Positions 53,044-64,000 of a stretch of DNA of 64,000 bases are shown here, piece after piece (the stretch's first letter is position 1; every line of letters begins with the position of its first letter). The position numbers were made by a program, and so were the translations under genes. The notes below the pieces were generated by a model. The model was not told where the DNA came from, ran no database searches, and worked only from the letters and a program-made list of their open reading frames with translations. The DNA comes from Eledone cirrhosa (Eukaryota): contig OZ024741.1 of the NCBI GenBank assembly GCA_964016885.1, positions 361,212,001 to 361,276,000 on the forward strand, read 5' to 3'.

Positions 53044-54568
53044 TTGTTTATCCCTACATACCTATATGCACATACAAACTTTACATACATAAGCATATAT
53101 CTACTGGCATATACCCACAACCACATGCACACATATATATATATATATGTCAGCATTTCCTTATCTATACATAGACATCGGCATATGTATATATACATAT
53201 TTTTGTATTTATACATACACACATAAGCAAGCACATACGTATATACATACACATATATACATTCACATATATATACATACACATATATACATTCACATAT
53301 ATATACATACACATATATACATTCACATATATACATACACATATATACATATATACAAACACATATTTACAAACTTTTTTATTCCCCTCTTCTCACAATG
53401 GCTCCTAACCTGTTGTTTATTTATCTATATACCTGTGAGGTATAGAATCATTAATCATGTTGGTATATACACCTCAGTCTATACAGATTACCACAGTTAC
53501 TGCCCTCCTTAGTGCTGTTGGTGTTGTTGTTGTTGTTGTTGTTGTTGCCGTTGTTGTTGCTATTGCTGCTGCTGCTGCTGTTGTTGTTGTTGTTGTTGTT
53601 GTATGCAGCTTACTCTATAAATATTACCACAGTTGCTGCCCTCTTTGTTGTTGTTGTTTCTTTTGATGTTGTTTCTATTGCTGTTGTTGTCACTGTAACT
53701 GTTGTTATGTTGATGTTGTTGATATGTTGACATTGTTGATGTTGTTGCTGTTTCTGATGTTGTGTTTGCTGTTGTTATTATTGTTACTGCTGTTTAGCTC
53801 CTGGATCAATTCTAATTGAGCATACTTAATGTCAATGCCTTCCAGTTGTGACCATCCTGCCTTTTTTTTTTTAGGAACAGCTGGTTGTAACATAGTTACT
53901 TACTTCCTCATACATTCCTGCACTAATGAACCTGACCTGATTTGGTCATACAACTATGTGTTCTTTAACCCATGGTCCCTGGTTGCTTTAATCCAGACCT
54001 CAATGATAGACAAGATTGTCTGTTCAATCAAGACAGACTCAGAGCTAAATAACTGTCTCAGCAATAACCTTTAGTATTCTTTAGTCCATCTTGTCCTAAG
54101 AATTTAGGAATATCTTTGCTTTCATATGTTAGTGGTGAGAAAGGGCAGTGTCTATAGCCCTTGTCAGGTCTTCCAAGGCTGGTGACATAGAGGAAGGTGG
54201 GAAGATATTTTCAGACAGAAGCAAGCATGAAAAATAGACAGAATGGATGCTCCATCAGTTTCGACAATGAGCATACATTGCTTTGATTAACTCAAAGTCC
54301 AATTAATGTATAAATGATTGAGTATTCCACAGACATTTGATGTTCTCATATATTTGACGTACAAGCAGAATCCAGCTGATCGACTTCTAAACAGTTTCTG
54401 TATACCCAATTTCACTCAGAAGGTTTGAGTAAAAACACTTGCCCAAGAGGCCATGTTGTGGGATCAAACGCCGGACCTCATGACTGTAAAGAAAACTTTT
54501 TAACCACTCAGCCAGGCTTGTATCCAAAGAAATTAGACATAAAATCATGATGATAATATCTATCTATC

Positions 54569-54663
<95 letters not shown>

Positions 54664-54976
54664 AGAGAGAGAGAGATAATGTCATGTGATGTCATGTCAT
54701 GAAGCTTTGCTAAATCTCTAGGTGACTAATAACTTACTATTATATAAGAAAGTTAGTGTACTAACTGCCTGACTGTCTGTTTGACACAATTAGAAGTTAC
54801 TTTCAGCTTGAAGGAATTTAGTCAATTTCATATTATGGAGCTAAATAAATTGCCCACACTGAAAGAAAAATAATGCGTTATTGTTGTTGTTTTTCTTTTA
54901 TAGTGAAAATACTTTAAAATAGTAGAATCAGTAAGGTCAGAGGTTAAATTGTTTTATAACATAGCTAAAATATGAT

Positions 54977-55179
54977 TTAACTCTTTAGCATTTATATTGC
55001 TCTATATATACTGTTGTATTTTCATGGTAAAGGCATTGTCTCATATAATATCGAATCTATGAGATTTTGATGCTATTTATTTTGAGAACAATACCTTAAA
55101 ACCAGTATTTGTGGCCATTTGCGGCCGGTTTGAACAGAATTCTGGCCGGATACAACCAGTTTAAATGTTAAAAAGTTAA
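54977..55179. mobile_element. piggyBac-type MITE
   Basis: TTAA|CTCTTTAGCATTTA...TAAATGTTAAAAAG|TTAA. Confidence 0.75.
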
Positions 55180-55556
55180 ATGGCAGTATAATGCAGAAAG
55201 TATAAAACAAAAATAGTCTAGAAATATGGTAGCAGTACATTCTTAAAATAGGCTACTAATGTGTCCAGGGCCGGCATCTGGGTATTTAGTGCCTTATGCT
55301 AACTAGCCGTAAATTGTTTGGTAAGCTGACACACTCAGAAAATTACTAATCCTGTATTTTCTACTACATACACAGTTCTCGCTCACATATACTAAATTAT
55401 GTGACCAGTAATAACATCATACAATCCTCTTTACTGCTTTGGATATTTCCATAAAGCATTTACATGCCAAAGATGTTTTGCAGTTTATTTATTGATCACA
55501 GGAAATTATCATATATTTTAATTTAATTATATCAATTTGTATAAAACTGTGATCCT

Positions 55557-55780
55557 TTAACCCTTTAGCATTTACATTAATCTATATTTACTATTGTATT
55601 TTCATGGTAAAGGCTTTACATAATTATATCACATGATATTGAATCTATGAGATTTTGATGTAACTTATTTTGAAAATAATACCTTAATATCAGTATGAGT
55701 GGCTGGTTACAGCCAGTTTAAACAGAAAGAGGTGAGAGGATTCTAGCCGGATACAGCCAGTTTAAATGCCAAAGGGTTAA
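55557..55780. mobile_element. piggyBac-type MITE
   Basis: TTAA|CCCTTTAGCATTTA...TAAATGCCAAAGGG|TTAA. Confidence 0.85.
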
Positions 55781-56289
55781 GGTTTAGTCATGTGCTTCTC
55801 TGAGGTCTGTGCTCTGTATAGCAGTCCCTCAATATTTATTTGTCATGTGGAAAAATGGACGTTAAACAGTGACAATAATAAAAGTTAGTAGATGGTAGAA
55901 TCAGTGGAAAGAAAAGGAACTGATTATCAGATCAGAGCAAGGAAACGATGCTTCCATTGATATTTTCTGGCTGGTACTATCTGCCAGTCACGACTTCACA
56001 AATTTGAACTAAGAATGCACAGAGCTGTATTAGATACAACAAAAAATTCTGCCAATCCACCACCCCTTGGACTAGTACTTTATTTATCAACCCTGAAAAG
56101 ATGAAAGGAAAAGTTGACCTCAGCAGGATTTGAACTCGGAGCATAGTGAAATGGAACGAATACCAAAGTATTTATCAAATCTTATCAGTGCCAATTTTGT
56201 CTTTTACAGTCATCCTGTTATGTAATATGGTTAACAGACAAATGTAGACAAAATATAGTACCAACGTTTTAGTTGTGTTAAGAATATAA

Positions 56290-56575
56290 AAAAAGCCTAC
56301 AGTCTGCCTTAAGCCAGATGGCTCATTTGGCCGGTGCTTATCCCGGTTTGAGGGCATGAAGTAACTGAGAGTACAAGACAGCCCCCCGGACAGGACGCCA
56401 GTCCATTGCAGGGTTAAACTCCCAGCTATTGCTGGTACTCATTTTCAGTTAAGTATACTGGAGCAATGTGAAATGAAGTGTTTTGCTCAAGAACACAACA
56501 CGCAACCCAGAAATCGAACCCACAACATTATGATCCTAAGTCCAACACCCTTACCATTAGGCTACATGCCTCCAC
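56290..56575 (-). mobile_element. Full-length V-domain-like tRNA SINE with 13-bp TSD
   Basis: Reverse complement has A box, GGTTCGATT B box and CCCTGCAATGGACTGGCGTCCTGTCCGGGGG. Flanked by gttaagaatataa on both sides. Confidence 0.75.
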
Positions 56576-57127
56576 GTTAAGAATATAACAACCTCTCTAA
56601 TACTGGTGCCACAATAAAATGTACCCAGTACACTTCTGTAAAGTGTTAGTGTAAGTGCCATGTTAAAGTATATCCAGCACACTCTGTAAAGTAGTTGGTA
56701 TTAGTTAGGGGCATGGACATTCAACCATAGAAACCATGGAGCATATAAAGAAGATGAGATTTCCCCAGCATACCTGGTCTTGTTGGTGTTAGAAAGGGAT
56801 ATAAAAGGGTTCTAAAAACCATGCCAGATATGGAACATATGAGCAAGATGATGTTTCTCTCTTACATATTTAGTTTTGGTTGGTGTTAGGAAAGGCATCC
56901 GGTTATAGAAGTGTTTCATTATAGAACTGTTTCATTCATATCAAATCATCAGTATATATAAAGTCTTAGACCATGACAACACAATCCAGCATGGAAAACA
57001 TATGTAAAATGATACTGATGATGATGTGTGTGTGTAATTAAGTTCTGTAATTACAGTATTAACATTGTTTCCGGTGCCCTGGATTTAACTAGAAATGACT
57101 AGCATTGCATGACTAGTTCCATATCAA

Positions 57128-57185
<58 letters not shown>

Positions 57186-57437
57186 TATATATAATATATC
57201 TAATGTCTTATTTTGTTCTGGAAATACCACCACTTGGTCAATTAAACAATACTTTTCACTGTACAAAATCTTTATTGCTGTCCAAATAGATTTGTACTAT
57301 AATATATGTTTCTACCTGGTCCAGTGTCATCTCTCTCTCTCTCTTTCAGGGATGATCATGATATATATGTATATATAAATATTGTTATACTTTGGGAGGG
57401 CCATGCTGCCAACAAATTCAAAAACGAAATATATATT

Positions 57438-57488
<51 letters not shown>

Positions 57489-57630
57489 TGTTATGCTTTG
57501 GGAGGGTCATGTTGCCAATAAGAAATACACGCACCAGTTGCTTTCACTTCAATTTATTATAAATTTAGGAATTTATAAATTTCCGGTTGGTTGGTTGGTT
57601 GGTCCACAACCAGACGATTGTTCATATATT

Positions 57631-57673
57631 GTCAAAGTTCTTTCGTCACACATTCTGTGACCTCTTCAGTGAC
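57631..57673 (-). ncRNA. Minimal type I hammerhead ribozyme motif
   Basis: GTCA-CTGAAGA-G-GTCACA(gaatg)TGTGAC-GAAA-GAAC-TT^TGAC. Confidence 0.55.
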
Positions 57674-57840
57674 TGGGAATTATTTTCTTTGTTTTTGTGC
57701 CTCTCCTTTGTTCTATCCTACGCCATCTTGTTTTTGTGTGTGTTGTGTGTATATATATATATAAATGACCGGAGCAAGCAATTATCAAACAATTCTCTAA
57801 ATAAATTAAAAAAACGATTTAAATAATCACCTGTTCTATT

Positions 57841-57920
57841 GCTGTTACCAACGGTTTCACCAATCCAAAGATTGGAAATCCAGAGAATTTCCAATGGAAA
57901 GAATTAGATCTTCAGACAGC
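57841..57920 (-). ncRNA. Type I hammerhead ribozyme motif with extended stem II
   Basis: GCTGT-CTGAAGA-[50-nt stem II with nested hairpin]-GAAA-CC(gtt)GG-TA^ACAGC. Confidence 0.65.
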
Positions 57921-58463
57921 TTATTTCCATACTATAAGGTTGCTAATCTCACAGTAAGTCAATATTTCGCTTCCTGCCTAACGCATGCGGTCAGGCCGTT
58001 AAAATGATACACACGCAAAATCAGGTCGCAAGTAAGAGCTGTGTTATTATAAACTTGTTGATAGTGCCACTAAAACCAGCAGCACGATACAACGTTTTGT
58101 TCTCTACATAAGGAGAAAAATTATAAAAGGGTATGGATATTTCAACAGGCACTAGGTACCTATAGAAATATGCAAGGTGTTTATAATAGTTGTGGTTCGA
58201 TGGTACTAATTTGAGATACCAGAACAATATAAATGAGCAGAGCAAACAATTATCAAACAATTCTCTAAATAAATTAAAAAACGATTTAAATAATCACATA
58301 TAAATTTCGCTCTACATGGCTGAATACAATAAATGTAATCTGAGTTTTTCGAATATTAATAATAATATTCGATTCGTTTGCAATTATGCAAACAAGCCTC
58401 ATTTTTAAAGCCATGTCAGTAGAATGAACCCCTCATTCTTGCTCTTGTGTTGGCATGTAAACG

Positions 58464-58513
58464 GAACTGCAGACACTAATGTTTCTGGGTATTACCCTTC
58501 ATCAGTACAGTTC
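58464..58513 (-). ncRNA. Type I hammerhead ribozyme motif
   Basis: GAACTGTA-CTGATGA-A-GGGT(aat)ACCC-A-GAAA-CA(ttag)TG-TC^TGCAGTTC. GUC cleavage triplet and 8-bp stem I. Confidence 0.7.
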
Positions 58514-61074
58514 GCTGTTCACCCGCCAACTGTCGGTGGGAGAATAAGGAAGAGAGAGAGAGTCTAAAGCATGAGATAAGAAATGAGAGGGTTATAGAGA
58601 GAGAAAGAGAAGAGATGCAAGTAAAGTCAACAAGGAAAAAAACACAGGAGAGCAATACAATAGAATGATGGTATATATTAGTTAAAATGTTTCATATCGT
58701 AAGAAAAGAGTTTCAATGTTTTGGGGTGTTAATCCTTCATCGGAAGATAGAATGGGAGAGAGAATAGATGATGTTTGGGACAGAGAGGAAATAGGAAGAT
58801 AGAATGGGAGAGAAAATAGATGATGCTTGGGACAGAGAGGAAATAGGAAGATAGATGGGAGTAAGAAAATAAAGAAAACAGGAAAAAAATTTGGAGGAAA
58901 ACATGTTTTAGAAAATATCTTTTTAAAAAAGTTAAAAAGCCTTTTTAATAGAAACTATGGATGTTATAAAAAATTTGGTAAGTTGTTGGACTGTAAGTCT
59001 GTTGCTATGGAAATTCACTTCTAAAATGTTATTTCCATCCAGATAAGAGAAGATAATATTAATAACACTTTTTTTTCTTTTTTAATCTCTAAATGAGAAA
59101 GATTCATAAATTCTATAGACTTGCACTAACTCAAATATGGTTTCTTTAGTCAACTATAAAAATTGAGTGGTACTTGTTTTTTGTTGTTTTTTTACTTTAT
59201 TTATTTATTTTAATTGACTGAAATTTCAGTGACAGTTTTGAAATAGTATGCTTGTGAATGAGTGACTGTTTTTGAGACTGTGTGTGTGTGTGTATGCAAC
59301 AGTGTGTGTGAATGAAAGTGTCTTTGTGTGTGTATGGGAGCTAGTGAGTGATAAAATGTGTGTAGTAGTTGCAATGTGAGAAAGTGATAACGTGCATGTG
59401 TATATGTATGTATGTGTGTGGGAGTGTGTGCGTAAGTATGTATGTGTGTGTGTGTGTGTGTATAATACAGCAACAAATGTTTTAATGCCATTTTTTTCTG
59501 CTAAATCCAAAGTTAGTCTTCTGGAGTCCCATGATAAGCTTCATACTCATGTTACCTGTAATTAGATACCAGATTATCTGAGGTTTTCATCTTGAGATAT
59601 TATCTTGAATTAAGTATAAGATCATCTGAGAATTTTACAAGTAAATATTATGTAGGAATGTTACCTGTGTTAGATCTGTATCTAATCCAAAGAAGAGAGG
59701 TTTGTCTCTCAACTATGTAATCCCAAGAAACCTGAGATATGAGCCATCTTTTAAAATCCCTTTCATTTCACCTTAATTCTTGATTATATTCTGAAGATAA
59801 AACAAATGAGGAAACTTCTGCATAATTGTTCCACTTCCAAATCTTCTTCAAATCACACATCTCTGTCTTTCAAAGAAATTTTTAAAAGGTGACGGGGGTT
59901 AGATTATGCAGTTCTTTATAGATTACATCTGAGAAAAAATATATATGATGATCACTTCTGGCTAGATTACTTTTGATTGTAAAAATAAACAACAATAGCA
60001 AGAAAAACAGCAACTGTAAAATTGTCCTTTTTCACAGACACTTTGATCTCTATGTATTTGGATCTTTTTCTGAAAGATCTAATTATCTGTCTTTTTTATT
60101 CAATATAATAGAGTGTTTCTCTTTGTTCATAGAATTAGGTTTTAACTACTTTGTGAAGAAAATAGATTAAATTTACTAGATATGGTGACAGTTTCTTTCC
60201 CTAGGATTAAACAATATCAAAGTATTTTATTGATTGATTGTCTGTTTTTACTATTTGATAATGTCACCGACTCTTTTTATCAAATATATTTACCACATAA
60301 CATATCACATAACATCTTTGTTGCTTCAGACAAAATTCTTGGTGCTTATTTATGCATTAGCTATAATAAATAAAGATTTGTTAGAAATGATGGCATATTT
60401 AAGATGCAGACACTCTGGACTTGTATCTAGTATGGTGCCAACTATGATTAATCAAAATTATCAAATAGACAATCTGTGCAGAAAACTAAACTGCTTACTC
60501 AAAACAGCTACTAACTCAACCAAGCTCAATCTAGCAGCCAAATCTGTTAACAAACAACAGAAACTGCATGTTTTAAGAACTAAATCTAAGAACAACATGA
60601 TTCACAATATGGGCAGGTTAGTCACAGCTAGAAATGTCATTCATTTGTCTAGCTGTATATTGTAGGTGTATGCTCTAGCTGAGCCAGTCTGGGGTTTCCC
60701 TTCCAAAAACAACATCATTAGAAATTAAACTAAAATGGTAATTTCTCTGGCTGAAAATCATAGAATGGTGCTGAGATTTTGAAATCATATCTTACCATAT
60801 GTAAAACTGTAGTGTAGTTTAATGCAGAGTTATAGTATAACAGTGTAAAGGGTGGTAGTATAGAAATGTATTATAATGCTGTAGACTCTGTAGTAGTAGT
60901 CGGTGACCAATTAGAGAAAATATAGGGTAGGGAGGACTCGTCAGTCTTGTCAAGGTACATGACAACCTCTCTGGTACTGATGCCACTATAAATTATATCC
61001 AGACCATAGAACCCATGCCAGATATAAAATGTAAAAGTTATATGTGGTTCTCCAATCACAGAGATAGTGTAATA

Positions 61075-61670
61075 TCATCTTCATCATCATCATAGACCCC
61101 AAGGGTCCGTGGATGCTTCTGTAATTTCCTTCAGCCAGTCCTGTCTGTTGTCATTCTGATTGCCTTCCAGGGACTCCTGTCAGGCGATGTGCAGATGTCA
61201 TTCATCCACCACTTTCTTGGCCACTCACTTTCCCTACTGCCTGCCACACATCTATGTATTACAGTGTTTGCCAGTCTCAAATCCTTGAAGTGTCTCACTA
61301 CATGTCCAAAATACTTCAGCTTGTGATCTTGTGCTATCTTTAGCAGGGATTTCTGAGTTGCACCAATTTTTTCCCTCACGTGTTTCCAAAGCCATTTGTT
61401 GATTCATTTGTCCCACTATTTCACTTCAAGCAATTTTCAATAGCATTTCACTACCTCATTGTATGTCCAGCTCACATCTGCATAGTAGCACTGATATCAC
61501 TATTGATTTCATCATCCTCAGTTTGGATTTGAAGTTACAGTTCTTCCAGTCTATTCAAAGATGTCATTACTATCCCTGTTCTTTTCTTCCCTTCCTTTGT
61601 TGACATCCTAAGTACTTAAATAGTTTCACTTTCTCTAGTTCCTTTTCATCAATCTTAATCGTCTCTTCTA
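61075..61670 (-). mobile_element. Old RTE-clade LINE 3' fragment of a different family
   Basis: KLKYFGHVVRH...GSRESEWPRKWWMNDI, an upstream FKYLG-like motif, and a (GAT)n tail. Confidence 0.7.
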
Positions 61671-61764
61671 AGTGTAATATATAGTGTAGAACTGTTGTGT
61701 GGTGCAAGGTAATACTATAAAAATGTAGTGTAGAAATGTTGTGCCGTGTAATGAATGCTTGAAG

Positions 61765-62005
61765 TATAATAATAAAAATAATGAAAATTATTGTGTACAG
61801 TGCTCAGGTGCACTACAACTCATCAAAGGTGCATGCTTTTAGTACATAGAATAATGTACAAATGTCAAGAAAGTAAACAGTGTATGAATCATGATAGACA
61901 CACAGACACACATGTGTGCATATGTATGAAGGGGTAATATCAGATATAGTGTTGGCGAATTTCAGGATGCGTGGAAGTTTTGAAGGATGCAGTGGTCCTG
62001 GCAGT
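61765..62005 (-). mobile_element. CR1 3' tail
   Basis: Reverse complement of the 3'UTR at 8650-8818 and 33905-34320. Confidence 0.75.
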
Positions 62006-62067
62006 TGAAGGATGCAGTGATTTCTAGTAAATGTCAATTTATATAACCACACGACTATAACTAACTC

Positions 62068-62322
62068 CAGGGTCACCAAAGTAGTCAATGTGACTACCGG
62101 GGGGGGGGGGGGGTCAAAACTTGAAACATTTCTATAAAAAAGGAAAATACATGAAATAAAACAACAAAATACAACTTTATACAGAATTCTGATTTACATT
62201 TATTTTACATTCTCTTTACTGATGTATTTATTAACTTATTTATTTTTGTACATGCCTGGGGTTGAAAGGGTCAAGGATTCCATAAAAGAGGTAACTGGTC
62301 TGAAACTGTTTAGTGAACCCTG
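62068..62322. mobile_element. hAT-like MITE
   Basis: TIRs CAGGGTCACCAAA / TTTAGTGAACCCTG. Imperfect 8-bp flanks actaactc / acttattc. Internal part resembles 31530-31700. Confidence 0.55.
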
Positions 62323-62781
62323 ACTTATTCCAATTACCTCCCCTTGAATTATTTGATTCATCCCTCTCACACAGCAGTTTAGTCATTCCATTTGGCACCT
62401 AATGGGGGTGAAGGCAGCATACATTGCTGACACATCAACAATGTATTTGCTTAGAGATAAGAAGTTGAAGTCTTGACTTATTTCTACTTCCTGAGTAGTA
62501 AGTATGCATGTATGTGCACATATGTACATGTGTGTGTCTGTGTTTGCATGCGTGCTTGTGTGCATGTGTGTTTGTGTGCATGTGTGTGTGTGTGTGTGTG
62601 TGTGTGCCTGTGTGTGTGTGTGTGGAGGTCTTTAAAATGTCTTATCTCCTACATAAAACAATGTTGATTGTTCACAAGTTTTTTGTGGGGGTTTTTATCA
62701 ATGTTAAATAAAGAATATTTTAAAATCTTTTCTTCCCACACCACCATCACCACACACCCAGTAAGCTCTCAGCTACTATTT

Positions 62782-62829
<48 letters not shown>

Positions 62830-62925
62830 AAAAAAATGTATGTTAAATGATGATGATAATGATCTGTGTATGTACATATATATATATATGTATGTACATA
62901 TATATATATATATGTATGTACATAT

Positions 62926-63009
<84 letters not shown>

Positions 63010-63039
63010 ATGTATATGTATATATATAAATATGTATGT

Positions 63040-63840
63040 ATCAAGAAGCACATCAACACCAGGGCCTCGTCTTTCCAGAAACACATAACCAAATGCGGAA
63101 ACAAAGACAGAAGGCCCATTGTCACAGTGCTAGCGACAGAACGCAACGTCGGCACGTTACGAATCAAGGAAGCACTTTGGATCAAACGCCTAGGGCCACA
63201 AATAAATAACCGATCTGAGAGAAGCAAGACGAGGTGGCTGGTTTAAAGAAACAAAACAACAAGACGCACACACACACACAGTGGCATTGGAATGATTGTT
63301 ATTGTGTGTATAGCGCGCCCACCATCCACCGACCAATAAACAACAACCAGGCAGACTACTACACTGCCAGTATCAAAGACTGAATATAGGTAGTATAATG
63401 GATTGACAGGTAGCACCATCCCACTCCTACAATAAAGAGGAGCTGCCTCGACCTTTGCTTGGCCGCACCTATTCCGCGCACATGCGCGCTCTACAGAATA
63501 CCTCAGTTACACACAACCAGCGGGCAACAGAGGCCATGTACCGTTCATCTCCAACAGATAACTTTCCCCTAGGAAAAACCCCCTGTTGATGAATGTGAAA
63601 TCCGAAATATAGGGACAATTAAATCTCTCCCAAGGTAACTCTATCTCGTGTTATTATTTTTATTTTTACACTCTTTCCTACATTCCTCTACACACTATAC
63701 ATCTCATTCTACATTCCCTTACATCTCTCTTCACCACCGGATTCTGTTACCCGGAGATTTACCCATCTGCATTGTTAAGGCTTCCAAAACGACCAAATTT
63801 TTTATTATTCCATAATGCTTCAAGCAAACTTCAATACTCT
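63040..63840 (+). mobile_element. Penelope-like element 3' fragment (GIY-YIG endonuclease C-terminus + terminal region)
   Basis: IKKH..SSFQKH...C...VLA..R...[21 protein letters not shown], stop at 63246. Degenerate hammerhead core TTGATGA..CCGAAA at ~63586-63607. Bounded by (TA)n on both sides. Confidence 0.8.
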
Positions 63841-63854
63841 CATATATATGTATG

Positions 63855-63917
<63 letters not shown>

Positions 63918-64000
63918 ATGGTGGAAACCTTTTCCCTTCTAACTCACTATCTGATTATCTTATTCTAAAAAGTGGGCTGAGTGCAAAAACTGTCCCTGAA

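Noticed and set aside
60234-60665. 143-aa ORF
   Set aside because: Non-ATG start, no recognisable motif or splice context; probably chance or a very old repeat.

Overview
AT-rich, microsatellite-saturated eukaryotic genomic DNA, most likely from an octopus or other coleoid cephalopod (inferred from the repeat landscape). The only host coding sequence I can support is the first coding exon of a calpain (98-496, + strand), ending at a GT donor after 'IEWKRPK'. I found no exon 2 by eye, so the remaining ~63.5 kb is probably one giant intron. That region holds decayed mobile DNA: RTE LINEs (one with a PHD finger after the RT), CRE-, R4/Dong-, CR1- and Tx1-like fragments, a Tc1 element with long TIRs, a Helitron, hAT and piggyBac-type MITEs, tRNA-derived SINEs, Penelope-like pieces and two large minisatellites (52 bp and 43 bp). 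The most notable structures are: (i) a cluster of co-oriented type I hammerhead-ribozyme motifs at 57.6-58.75 kb; (ii) two families of (TA)n-embedded fold-back elements built from inverted hammerhead halves; (iii) a 2.3-kb satellite apparently grown from one end of a TTAA-flanked piggyBac-like element inside a SINE. Almost all YI/IY-rich ORFs in the track are microsatellite artefacts. All calls were made by eye, with no database search or folding program.
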